48,631 nucleotides of DNA from contig CAYJFE010000002.1 of the NCBI GenBank assembly GCA_964369165.1, positions 6,647 to 55,277 on the forward strand. The letters run 5' to 3'. The position numbers and the translations under genes were made by a program. Shown piece by piece: positions 35,801 to 46,600 of this stretch. This DNA is from an uncultured Desulfovibrionaceae bacterium. GTDB taxonomy: Bacteria > Desulfobacterota > Desulfovibrionia > Desulfovibrionales > Desulfovibrionaceae. The notes beneath the pieces are model-generated. The model was given only the letters and a program-made list of their open reading frames with translations. It was not told where the DNA came from and did not search any database. Numbering within the stretch: the stretch's first letter is position 1; every line of letters begins with the position of its first letter.

Positions 35801-38728
35801 AGAAATTTTTCCATTTAAAGTAATAGGTATAGAGTCAATAGGAGTAAAATGACGAGGAATGCCGTAAGATGGCAGTAAGGTCAAGAGATAATTACGTAAA
35901 TCATTTTCTGAAATACTTGTGCCTTCTTCAAGAATATACCAAGCGGCAAGACATTTATCTTCATTTTCTTGCTCAAAAGGTAGAACAATAGCGTCTTTAA
36001 TGTTAGGATAAGAGATAATAGCGTGAACAACTTCAGATGGTTCAATTCTATTTCCCGAAATCTTCACTTGATCGTCCACTCTGCCGAGGAAGATAAGCTT
36101 ACCGTCTTCATTCCATTTTGCTTTATCGCCAGTCTTGTAGCAATGACCATAGACTGGGTGTTTTATAAAGGCTTTAGCACTTTGTTCGGCGTCAAGGTAA
36201 CCCTGACTTACGCCCATGCCACCAATCCAAATTTCGCCCTCAGTGCCAAAAGGTAGCAGTTGACCTTTAGGGCCTAAAAGAGCTGTGATAACATTATGAA
36301 TAGGTCTACCTACGGGTACATTGCGATTTTCGTGCTCACTCATAAGATACATTGTCGCGCATACAGCAGTTTCAGATGGTCCATAGCCATTATATACCTG
36401 AACGCCATTTCTTATGCAAGGCAAGAGATATTCTAATGAGGCAGCTTCACCAGCTGAAACTAAATAATCAAGATTATAAAGGCTTGGGATAAGATTTTCT
36501 CTACCAAGCAAACGAAGATAGGCAGGCGGCAATATGGCAATTTTTGCATCTGCTTCTTGCAACCATGCGGCAAATCTGTGTACATCATTAATAATATCTT
36601 TGCTGAGAAGCACGGATTTTGCGCAAGCATACCAAGGAGTTAAAACATTCAATACCGCGGCATCAAAGGAAAAGCCAGCAAATTGCAAATAAGCTTTTCC
36701 TTTATGAATTTCAAAGCGCTTGCCATAGTCAACTACAGTATTAAGCATTGCTCTTTGCGTGGTGAAAGAGGCTTTTGGAGTGCCTGTTGAGCCAGAGGTA
36801 AACAGAATATAGGCATTATTATCAATGTCATAGCTTTCTGGTGGCAAAATATCTAGTAAATTAAAGTCTAGGCTTTGCTTTACATAATCTGAAGGGAAAA
36901 TATCTTTCATTTCAAGGCATGGAAAGTTAATGCCTTCAATTTTCTCTTCATTTTCTTCATAATCTATTATAACACAAGCAGGTTTTACACTTTCTAACAT
37001 AGAAATAATGCGCTTATGTGGCAAATCTTTGTCGATGGGAGCATAGATAGCATTCAAGCTTAAAATAGCCGGTAAAGTGAGTGTGCTTTCTTTTGTTCTA
37101 CTTCCAATAACTGCAATAATATCAGATTTTTGTATATTTTTTTCTTGGATTTTTAATGCCATATGCTGAGTAATAAAAGCAAATTCTCTCCAGTTGAGAT
37201 TTTGGACTTTATCATTGCTGTCAGGGTAGACAATAGTGGGTGCATTGGGTTCTTCTTTCGCCATTTTCTGTACAAATAGAGGCAAAGGTAAAAGTCCTTG
37301 ATGGTCAACTTCTCCGCCATGGGCAAAACTTTCAAGGATTTTCTTTTCTTGTTGCCCTATAAGCATAAGATCTTCGAGTGGAATATGCGTGGAAACAGCT
37401 AGAGATTTACACAGTTTCATAAATTCTTCAGCTATACATTCCATACGCGTGGTGGAAAATAAGTCTGTGTTATAATTGAAGTCTATAGTAAAAGCTTCAG
37501 GTGTGTCGATAATTTGAAAAACCATATCATAGCGTGAAACGGATAAATCATTAGAATCTTCAATATATTCAAGATCTAAGCCTTGCATTCTTGCCTCTAT
37601 TTCAATATGAGAAATATAGGTAAAAAGGCAATCAAAAAGAGGTGAGCGAGACATATCTCTTTCAACATCAAGTTCTTTTAAAATGCTCTCAAGAGGAACA
37701 GATTGATGTTTTAAAGCATTTTTTACAGAATTTCCAACACTTGTTATATAAGAAGACAGAGTGGACTTTGGCTTAAGAATATCGCGTATAGGCAACATAT
37801 TGATAAAACAGCCGATAACATTATCTTGCACAGATAGATTTCCAAAAGAGGAGTCCTTAGTTGTAATATTTCTACCCTGTACTGGCGTGCCAACTATAAT
37901 ATCAGTATTGTTAGTTTGCTTGTATAAAATGAGCTTTATAAGCGCCATTAAAAGAGAAAAAGGAGTGACTCCATGCTCGTCAGCCACTTCATACAATGTG
38001 TCAACTGTGTCCGCATCAAGCTCTTTTTTTATGCAATTGCCTTTAAAAGTTTGAGTAATAGGACGCGGATAATCAGTAGGCAAATCAAGAGAGACGAGAG
38101 GGCGTTTGAGATATTCTTTCCACCAGCTAAGTTCTTGTATAAACTCATCACTTTCGCGCCACTTTGCGTAATTGTCAGCAAAAAGGCCAAAGGAGTTATC
38201 ACTTGTTTTTTCAATAACTTGGTCTATCTTTCCATAAGTGTTGAAAATTTCAGCAATAAGAAAAGAGAGTGAAGTGGCATCGCTAATGATATGATGAATA
38301 TTGAAGAGCACAAGCCAATTTTCGCAAGCTTTATCTTTTGTGTCTTCATAAGGCAAGACAGCAACCCGCATCAAGGGGCCTTTTGAAAAATCAAAGTGGA
38401 AAAATTGATTTTCTTTGATATACCGAGCAGTTAGCTCGTCTACATCCTCATTTTCTTGACAAGAAGGTAAAATTTCGACAGAAAAATCCATTGAATCTAA
38501 CACACATTGCTTAGGATTGTCATTTTGAACAACAAAAACTGTGCGCAAAGCATCGTTTTGGGCTATGATAGTTCGAATGGCTATTTCTAGTCCATTGATG
38601 TCTAGACATCCCTTTACTCGGTAAGCGCAAGGTAGATTATAGACTTCGTGGCTGAGTTCCATCTGATCCAAAACCCACATTTTATGCTGAACTGGTGTAA
38701 GCTCGTAGAATTTTTTTCCTGTTTCCAT
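32894..38728 (-). CDS. Non-ribosomal peptide synthetase, terminal module: C - A - T - E - C(terminal)
   Basis: 1944 aa. Approximate domain spans (nt, minus strand):
- C 38728-37410: HHIISDATS.
- A 37350-35760: TSGSTGTPKAS, NGYGPSETAV, YKTGD, GRVDDQVKISGNRIEPSEV, NGKIS.
- T 35730-35520: LGADSI, with Ser present.
- E 35490-34140: PIQKHFF, HHLIVDGISWRIL, ESHGRDEF, FNYLGQV.
- Terminal C-like 34110-32894: active-site region TFTHIVFDRWG. Confidence 0.85.
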   Translation of the reverse strand: METGKKFYELTPVQHKMWVLDQMELSHEVYNLPCAYRVKGCLDINGLEIAIRTIIAQNDALRTVFVVQNDNPKQCVLDSMDFSVEILPSCQENEDVDELTARYIKENQFFHFDFSKGPLMRVAVLPYEDTKDKACENWLVLFNIHHIISDATSLSFLIAEIFNTYGKIDQVIEKTSDNSFGLFADNYAKWRESDEFIQELSWWKEYLKRPLVSLDLPTDYPRPITQTFKGNCIKKELDADTVDTLYEVADEHGVTPFSLLMALIKLILYKQTNNTDIIVGTPVQGRNITTKDSSFGNLSVQDNVIGCFINMLPIRDILKPKSTLSSYITSVGNSVKNALKHQSVPLESILKELDVERDMSRSPLFDCLFTYISHIEIEARMQGLDLEYIEDSNDLSVSRYDMVFQIIDTPEAFTIDFNYNTDLFSTTRMECIAEEFMKLCKSLAVSTHIPLEDLMLIGQQEKKILESFAHGGEVDHQGLLPLPLFVQKMAKEEPNAPTIVYPDSNDKVQNLNWREFAFITQHMALKIQEKNIQKSDIIAVIGSRTKESTLTLPAILSLNAIYAPIDKDLPHKRIISMLESVKPACVIIDYEENEEKIEGINFPCLEMKDIFPSDYVKQSLDFNLLDILPPESYDIDNNAYILFTSGSTGTPKASFTTQRAMLNTVVDYGKRFEIHKGKAYLQFAGFSFDAAVLNVLTPWYACAKSVLLSKDIINDVHRFAAWLQEADAKIAILPPAYLRLLGRENLIPSLYNLDYLVSAGEAASLEYLLPCIRNGVQVYNGYGPSETAVCATMYLMSEHENRNVPVGRPIHNVITALLGPKGQLLPFGTEGEIWIGGMGVSQGYLDAEQSAKAFIKHPVYGHCYKTGDKAKWNEDGKLIFLGRVDDQVKISGNRIEPSEVVHAIISYPNIKDAIVLPFEQENEDKCLAAWYILEEGTSISENDLRNYLLTLLPSYGIPRHFTPIDSIPITLNGKISVSALPKPRINQSKVAPSSEKEILLAEIWGQLLGKENISVNDNLFALGADSITAIRAISRLSQQGYKCTVKEIFKYATIATLALILEPIEKNLYAQALKDVPLSPIQKHFFHMSQFKNNALAINDSSSPLEKFAQIAIVTKENLSFEEAREKCYELWQKHDMLRVHFNCIENKGIPQQRVQDAEDNLFIFHTAEENESIMQMKARLIDEISLAENKLFIAGYHTNKDNSESYLLLAIHHLIVDGISWRILLDDLNTEEDLMPESQFGHYMQKLQESTNFDAEISYWQQATLPESELQGKFFSKKERVKKTYKAQSFKFSQKLTSSMLLEGINSYHANMEDFLLAALVHADICNLPSGHNKIQINLESHGRDEFFDIDLSRAVGWFTSLFPVVLEKQESIGQTLFAVKDKLRSVPNKGLGYGVLTDLKMQNIPLLSSHIEFNYLGQVNSASSENQYTFYDLDGYSDDNHPMATPLSVTCIIGEDNCLECAFNMDTDIFSDGEQQELLEKYKKSIEELLEHCLALEKPLKTGADYGDASISQKSLESALDFYGDIESIRPLNAIELRTYYDLVMNPHTAPTYIKQSHYRFKELDIDTFLARAKNVWQKHENLRMVCPIIDNVPRALILKDRKESIIVKDLRHLATVEQRQYIDNEKAMHKAKIVDISKDTLLHIGLYQISDTVVDMTITFTHIVFDRWGAEVFYDDLSKDDIGTNTFDMRDYSQWLKRQDIPLHHDWWKNELKNVYAPTHIYGVNRNFTYNQGDPYPEEVQNFNIDDVIVERCKKLSEDCHLTMSTIYQSALATILQVYTGNDDIFFHSIYSLRPAEVEGIETCVGFFTNLIPCRFPYTSELSFKERTKLFQEKNHEREEHIAIASSTIYEQTPYKNDLSDVLFIMENLPTFNEDSKDIENVYSVNMTGSPLTLTVEGLHDFNFNYNPEIIDRNTITAFATMFVKFLDIASTYPDKPLNAI

Positions 38729-38734
38729 TTGTGT

Positions 38735-40567
38735 TTAGCTCCTGTCAATATATTCGGCAAGCTCTTGAATTGTATTTTGCTCAAAAAAGTGTTGTAAGGG
38801 GATATTTATTCCAAAAGCATTATAGATAAGCGAGAGAGCCTTTATGCTTCTTAGGCTATCGCCTCCAAAAGAAGTGAAGGAAATTGAAGTGCTTATCTTC
38901 TCACGTCCAAAAAGTTCTTGCCAGATAAGGCAAAGTTTTTCTTCTGTTTCTGACTTTGGTTCTGTGTAGGCAAGGTTAGCATAGAACATAGCATCAGGTT
39001 TTGGCAAAAGACGCTTATTCACCTTGCCACTTGTGGTGTAAGGGATTTTTTCAATAGGGAAAATCATTGAAGGCACGAAAGCAATTGGAAGTAATTTTAG
39101 CAAAATACTTCTTATTTTTTCATTCGCATCTTCACTTGTAACATTGCAATTTTCTTTTAAAACTACATAGGCGATGAGCATTTTTTGCTTATCATTATTT
39201 TCTTCATTACTTGCATTCACTTCAAAGGCGGTAACACTTGCATCTTGAATAAATTCAATATCTTTAATAGCAAATTCAATTTCACCAAATTCAATGCGAA
39301 CGCCATGAATTTTAACTTGATTGTCACGCCTGCCGAGGCATTCAACTGTGCCATTTTCAAGGTAACGACCCATGTCACCAGTTTTATAGACTATGTCATT
39401 TTCTTCATTCGTGAGAGGATTTATAATAAAAGATTTTTTATTTTCTTCTTCGTTGCTAATATAACCATTTGTTTTGTAAGGTGTTCTGATATAGATTTCA
39501 CCAATTTCTAAAGTGTCGCAAAGTCTGTTTTCATCAAGAATAAGTAAAGACGTGTTAGAGATTGGTTTACCAATTGGCAAGAGAGTATTTTCCTCTTCGT
39601 CTAAGTTTTCTGGAACAGAATAAAAAGCTTTAGCCAAAGTTGTTTCAGTAGGGCCATAGATATTCACACACTCAAGCTTTAGAGCTTTTGCGTATTTTCT
39701 AAAATTGAGAATATCTCTTGAATAGAGGGGTTCGCCAGCGATAAGAATATATTCTAATTCAGGCAAAGTGATAGTATTATCGCGTAAAGAATTGGTAAGT
39801 AAGCGCAAAACAGTAGGAATACAGTGCACTAAATTCACACGCATTTTAACCAACCATTCAGCCAAAAGATGAGGAATAGTGCGCTCTTCCTCGCTTGGAA
39901 TGCACAAAGTTCCGCCTATTAACAAAGGCAATAGTGTGTCACGCAAAGAAACGTCAAAAGTGATTGGGGCGAGCCAAGAAGTTCTTATTGAATTTGACAG
40001 TGAAAATTCTTCAACTTCCCAACGCAAGAAATGTGCAAGGCCTTTATGATTGCCTAATACAGCCTTTGGTTTTCCTGATGAGCCAGAAGTGAACATGACA
40101 TAGGCTGGATCGTTTGGACCAACTTGAATGTCAGGTGTGTTTTCAGCTCTTTCATCGTCTATAAATATGCATGATATTGAATAATTTTCAAGCTCAGCAA
40201 GAAGTTCATTCAATCTTTCTTCAGGAGCTTTTTTTGAAATTAGAACTGTCGTACAATTTGTAAGTGTCAGATATTCTTTGATTCTTTTAGCTGGAAACTG
40301 CACATCAAGAGGCAAGAAAGCATTTCCTGATTTTGCTATACCTAAAAGCCCAAGAATATATATTTCATCTGCAAAGCTGTAAATACCTATGATTTCAGAT
40401 TTTTTATCGACCAGTTTTTGTGCTAAAGCATTAGATCTTTCATGCATTTCTTTATAACTCAGAGCTAAGCCCTTTGAATTTTCCATTGCCTTTACGTCAG
40501 GATTTTTTAAGGCACACTCAGAAATATGCTCAAAAAAAGCTTTCTTCTTATCTAAAATTATATTCAT
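38735..40567 (-). CDS. Stand-alone NRPS adenylation-thiolation (A-T) didomain protein
   Basis: 610 aa. A-domain cores FTSGSSGKPKAV, YGPTETT, YKTGDMGRY, GRRDNQVKIHGVRIEFGEIE, SGKVN. C-terminal carrier FGGDSLRSIKAL. RBS AAGAGGA. There is a 6-nt gap to the downstream NRPS. Confidence 0.85.
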   Translation of the reverse strand: MNIILDKKKAFFEHISECALKNPDVKAMENSKGLALSYKEMHERSNALAQKLVDKKSEIIGIYSFADEIYILGLLGIAKSGNAFLPLDVQFPAKRIKEYLTLTNCTTVLISKKAPEERLNELLAELENYSISCIFIDDERAENTPDIQVGPNDPAYVMFTSGSSGKPKAVLGNHKGLAHFLRWEVEEFSLSNSIRTSWLAPITFDVSLRDTLLPLLIGGTLCIPSEEERTIPHLLAEWLVKMRVNLVHCIPTVLRLLTNSLRDNTITLPELEYILIAGEPLYSRDILNFRKYAKALKLECVNIYGPTETTLAKAFYSVPENLDEEENTLLPIGKPISNTSLLILDENRLCDTLEIGEIYIRTPYKTNGYISNEEENKKSFIINPLTNEENDIVYKTGDMGRYLENGTVECLGRRDNQVKIHGVRIEFGEIEFAIKDIEFIQDASVTAFEVNASNEENNDKQKMLIAYVVLKENCNVTSEDANEKIRSILLKLLPIAFVPSMIFPIEKIPYTTSGKVNKRLLPKPDAMFYANLAYTEPKSETEEKLCLIWQELFGREKISTSISFTSFGGDSLRSIKALSLIYNAFGINIPLQHFFEQNTIQELAEYIDRS

Positions 40568-40601
40568 ACTATCCTCTTATCATAGACTTTTTTAATATTT
40601 C

Positions 40602-43600
40602 CTACCAACCATCGCCGTCATCATCGCTTTGCATAAGCAAATCTTCACGAGTAAGATTGATAATAATTTCTTCTTGCTTAAATGATTCAATAATCTCAGA
40701 AAGTTGCACTTGATTATTTTCCAAAACTTTTGAAGTGAGTTTAACGAAGTCTAACATGAGTTGACTGATAAAATCTTCATCAAAAATTTCAGTGTCGTAC
40801 TCCATAGTAAAGAGTATGTCTTGTTCATCATCAAATTGATATTTCAAATCATAGCGAGCACTTATACTTCTGTCACTCAATACTTGACTTTCAATGTCTG
40901 GCAAATCAAGTGCTAAAGCTTCGTTGTTTTGAAAAATAAGTATAGCATCAAAAAGAGGTTGGCGCCCTTTTTCTACCGCTAGCGCTAAATCAGACACAAT
41001 GCATTCAAAAGGATAGCTTTGATGGGCAAAAGCATCAAGAATATGCTCTTTCACTCCTGCCATATAATTCATAAAGCTCACATTTGAAGCTATTTGCGTG
41101 CGAATTGGCAGCATATTGAGCATAAAACCTAAGGTATTTTCAATTTCTTCAAAATCTCTGCCTGCAACAGGACTTCCTAGTACAATATCCTTTGATTTTG
41201 TCAAGATGTGCATTTGTAAACTAGCAAGCGCGTGGAAAAGCATAAAGGGGCTTGCGTTGAGCTTCTTTGCTAAGTTTCTGATATCTTTTGAAAGTTTTAA
41301 GCCTAAAGCTTGTGAGATTAATGCGCCTTTGCCACTTCTTTGTGAAGGACGTTTTATTCCAATATATTCAAGAGCTTTTGGTAATTCTTCATAGATATTC
41401 ATCCAATATTGCTTCGAGGCATCAAGCTCGTGCATATGCTCTCTTTGCCATTTGGCATATTGCCCATAACTCATAATTTCAATTTCATCTTCATCAACAT
41501 CAAAGCCTTTGATTTTTCTATAGTTATTTTCAATATCTTTCATAAGAATATGAGCAGACCACCCGTCGCCAAGTATGTGATGCAGATTGAAAATTAGATA
41601 ATATTCCTTTGTTTTTTCATGTGCAAAAAGACGAATGTGATAGAGCTCTTGACTAGATAAGTCGAAGATATAGTTCATTTCTTCTTCATATATCTTTTCT
41701 ATAAAATCATCATTGATATAACTTTCTTTAATAAGTGTAAAGATTTTTTGGCTTTCCACTTTTTGTACGGGATGTCCGCCTTGCATATCAAAAGAAGTTC
41801 TGAGGCTTTCATGTTTTAGTATGCTGAGATTTATTGCTTTTTCTAGAGAATCACAATCAAGTTCTCCTATGAGTTTGAAGCCTCCCACCATATTATAAGC
41901 CGCAGAATGTGGATTTTTTTGCTGCCAAATCCACATACTTTCTTGAGCAAAGGATAGTGGATAAGTCTGAGTATTCGAGAGCTTATCCTGTGTATTCTCA
42001 TTTTCTATTTTTGAAATAGCTTCTTTTGAGTTTGCGCTTGAAGCTTGCATTTCTATGAGATGGCTAGCTAGCAAGATTGGCGAAGGTGCAGCAAAGAAAT
42101 CTTTCAAGCTAAGCGGATAATTTAATTTATTTTTAATACGCACAACAACTTGGTTTGCTTTAAGGCTATGGCCGCCTATATGGAAGAAATTATCGTGTTT
42201 TTCAATTGTTTCAATTTGTAAAACTTCTTTCCAGATTTCTATAATTCTATCACTAAGGTCTTGTTCTTCTTCGCTTATTTCTTGTGTTGGAGTATAGTCG
42301 TCTACAAGCTGTTCCCATGTTTGAGAAAGCAATTTCTTTTTATCGGCTTTACCATTTTTAGTAAGTGGAATTGCAGGCACAATTTCAATTTTGCCAGGAA
42401 TCATATAATCTGGTAAGGCTTGCGTCAAATATCTTTGCAAACTTTGCGCAGAAATTTCTTCATTCAGCACTATATAAGCTGCTAATAATTCACCCATATG
42501 CTTGTCTTCGCCACTACCTAAAATTGGCATAGCGACAGCATCCTTAATGCTTGGATGCGAGATAAGCGCATGCTCAACTTCGCCAAGCTCAATTCTAAAA
42601 CCACGAATTTTTACTTGATCGTCCATTCTGCCAAGATACTCTATCATGCCATTTTGGCAAACTTTGCCTAAGTCGCCAGATTTATAGAGTTTGTGTCCTT
42701 CGATTTGTACAAACTTTTTGGCAGTTTCAAGCGGATTATTGAGATAACCTCGGCTCACACCTCCGCCATAAACGCAGATTTCACCAACTTCTCCGCGTGG
42801 AGAAATTTTTCCTTCTTTATCCATAATTATAATGCCCCAAGAAGGTAAAGGACGGCCAATAATGCTTTGACCTTTTTTGATTTCTTCTGAAGCAATTTTT
42901 GCCCAGGTGACGTGCACAGTGGTTTCAGTAATGCCATACATATTGATTATTTCAACATGGCCAAAGCTTTTATGCCATTCAGCTAAGCGCGCAGGACGCA
43001 ATGCTTCACCACCAAAAACAAGATAGCGAAGGCAATTGAAGTCTAAGGATGAGTTTACCATGTAGTCTGATAATTCGTAAAATGCTGTCGGGGTGAGATT
43101 TAATACGCTCACTTTTTCTTCTTCGAGCATTTGTGTGAAAACATCAGGTGCGGCGGCCACATCTTTTGATATAATCAGCAATTTACCACCAAAGAGCAAT
43201 GCTCCATACATTTCCCAAACAGAAAAATCGAAGCAAGGCGAGTGGAACATCGTCCATACATCTTGCGCATCAAATGTGAAGATGAGATTTTGCTGGAAGA
43301 GAAGATTATATACATTTTGATGCTCGATGACCACACCGCGCGGAGTGCCTGTCGAACCTGAAGTATAGATGACATAAGCTGCTGATTCTGCTGTGTTTTT
43401 TATAGAAAGAGCTTTTTTGTTATCGTCTAAATCTTCCATAAGAATAATGCAGAAATCCTCTCTTTTAAGGTCAGCGTTGAGAAGAATTTTATAGAGAAAT
43501 TTTGAATGTGCTTCGTCTGTAATAATTATCTTTGCTTCACTATTTTTAAGAATGTATAAAATTCTATCATCAGGATAGCTTGGATCAATTGGAATATAAG

Positions 43601-46600
43601 CCTTGCCAGCTTTTAGCACACCCATAAAGGAAGCAGGAATATGCCATGAACGATCAAGAAAGGTTGCAACCCATTGATTATCATTATTAATTAGTGTTGA
43701 AGCTTTTGCTACAATAGTATTTGCTATACGATTTGATTCTTGATCAAGCTCTTTATAAGTGATTTCTCGATTTGCATCCTTAATAGCTATATTTTTAGGG
43801 AATTTTTTTGCAATTTGAGCAAATTTTTCATCTAAAGTCATGGGGATAAGAGGCAAATGCTTAGATGATTGCGCCATGATGCTAGATATATCAAGTTTTT
43901 CGTTTTCTAAAAGCACATCAAGAGAGAAAATTTTTGTGCTTTGCTCTTGTTTAGAGGCAAGATAATTAAGAATTATTTCAAAGCGTTGAACAAATTCTTC
44001 AGCTGTCTTGTCGTCAAACAGAGTTTTATTCCATGAAAGCGCAATAGTGCCATCTTCCCTTGCCATACAAACAAGATCGTATTTACCAAAACCTAAGGCC
44101 GTGAGAGGAGTGTTGAGTGTATCAAACTTTGATTTTGTCGTGTCTTCAACAAAAAGTACGTCAAAGAGGGCAGTACGGCTCATGTCATTTTGCGGTTTTA
44201 CGGCAATAACTAGCTGATCAAAAGGTATATTTGCGTGCGAAATTGCTTCAAGTCTTTGCTTTTGTAGATTTAATTCTAATTCACTTAAGCTTGAATCTTG
44301 TGAAATTATACTACGCAGAGGAATAAGCTGTAGCATAGGTCCTAAGGGCAATTTTGCTGTATCGCAGTCAAAACTATCACTTTCTTTATGCTCGATAACT
44401 TCGCCTATAACAATATCATCTTGTAAGGAAAGTCTATGTAAAAAGGCGGCATAGCCAGTGCGAATTTTATCTATACTTAGAGGCGCAATTTTGAAAGAGG
44501 CATAGCCTTGTTCATAGATATGCACAGCTTGTCTGGGATTGTCATAAGGCAGGGTAAGTTTGTCAATTCCTTCAAGTTTTTCCTTCCAATAATGTGCATT
44601 CTCTGTGTTTAGCCAATCTTTTTTCCTTTCTTCTTCGGCTTTTGTGGCAAAGTTTTCAAAGTCAGTGTAGGGAAGAAGCTTGTAGGATTTTTTTGTTTCA
44701 TAATCAATTAACTCTTCGGAATTAATGATTAAATCAAGCAGCTCGTCGCACAAGATATTCAAGGTGCGATAATCTGCTATGCTATGGTGCATACTTAGTG
44801 CTAAGTTTTTCCCGTCTTTTGTAAGTATCACACGCGCAAGAGGGGCTTTATCTAAATCAAAGGGGGCTTGCGCTTTTTTGATAATTTCTTCTCTAGAATT
44901 AACCATAATTATAGGTAACTGCGGAATATTTCCTTTGATCATTGAAGGCATTGCATTATCTGTTTGGCTTGCCTCCATAGAGAGTGAGAAGAGCGGATGG
45001 CGCTGTGCTAAAATATCTATAGCCTTATGAATTTTATTACTTTCTATGGCAAAATCAAGCTCTTTAATAATAGGCATAGTATAATAAGTAGGCGCGTGAC
45101 TATAAAGAACATTTTTTTCAAATCTATCGACAAACCACAAGCGTTCCTGATGGAAGTTTGGCACAAAGATTTCTTCTTGCCTTGGCAAAGAGCCATCAGC
45201 CTGATTGAAAGCTGCAATAAGTTCATTAAACCAAATTTTTACAGTGCTTTCCATGTATAATTCATCGTCATACGCAAGCTTGAGAGCGATATTTTCGCCA
45301 TCTTCACTGACATTAAGCAAGAAATCATATTGCGCGGAAGGTGTGTCGATTTCCTTTGCATCCCAAGCAACTTCGCGGAGTGGAGGCAAAATATCGTTGC
45401 GGCTGTCTTGTACAAGAACAACATCGACCAAACCTCCTCTTTGCACGAGAGGAGAATTCTCTTTGGCAATTGCATTCATAAGCGTATGTGAAGGCACAAG
45501 TTTTTGTGAAGATTCCAATATTGTTTTTTGTGTGTTGCGCACATTTTCAATAAAAGTTTCAATGGCTTGAGCTTCAGCGCTTTCAGAGTCTAGCGTCGTG
45601 TCTGTAAGCTGGAGGCAAAGAGGGAGCACTTCAACAAAAAAGCCCATAAGATTTCCTGTAAGTGGGTGTGTTCTACCCGCATGAGCAAGGCCAAAGCAAA
45701 TGTTTTTATTCGCTATTTTTTCGCTGAGCCACTGTGCCCAAATAGTGCTGATTACAGCAAAAATTGTTGAATTTGCTTTTTCTGCTATGAGGGCTAACTT
45801 TTTTATACCTTCTTGTGAAAGGCTAGCGTGAAGATTTTTTCCTGTAAATTTGGCTTGACTTGGTCTTTCAAAATCAAGCGGAAGTGTGCATCTTTGCGCT
45901 TGCTTTAATCTTTGGATTGTCCAGTCTATATGGTCAGTATTACTTACATTTTCTAAGGACCAAGCGGCATAATCTCTAAAGCGTATACGTGGTGCAGGTG
46001 AGAGAGCTTTGTCGTGGTATATCGCAATAAGTTCTTGAATTAATATGCCAAATGACCAAACATCGCACACTGAATGGTGTATAGAAATAATCAGCCAATC
46101 TTTTGCATTTTCTTCACCATTATTTCTAAAGATTTTTGCTCTCAAAAGTGGAGCTTTTGATAAATCAAAGGCTTGAGCAACAAAAATTTCTGCATCGCGC
46201 TCAGGATTATCGCTCATGACTCTTTCAAGTGAAAGAGGAGGATTTTCTTCAATATATTGACGAGCTTGCCCATCTTCATCAACAAAGGCTGTGCGCAAAA
46301 CATCATGTCTTTGCATAATAACTTTCAATGCATAGAGAAGTTTTTTCTCGTCAAAATTTTCTGCAATAAAGGCGAGGCCAATATTATATACGCATAAACC
46401 AGGTTGGATTTGATCATGCAACCAAAGCCTTGTTTGCGGTGAACTTGCGGCGTAATTTTTTGCTTCTGCTAGAAGTGGAATGGCAAAGGCACTTGCCTTC
46501 GTTTGTGAGGCACTATAAGACTTTTTTCCAGTGCTTCCTCCATTCGCATCATTCATTGGAGGCGTTGGATCTTTATCAAACCAGCCATCATCAGCCATGG

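Noticed and set aside
33356-45570. Numerous 60-120-aa ORFs antisense to, or out of frame within, the NRPS genes. Examples: 33356..33643, 35201..35497, 39185..39511, 41098..41394, 45205..45570, 45239..45475.
   Set aside because: They are embedded in long ORFs with continuous, motif-rich NRPS domain translations. Their translations are low-complexity. They are typical shadow ORFs of AT-rich coding DNA.
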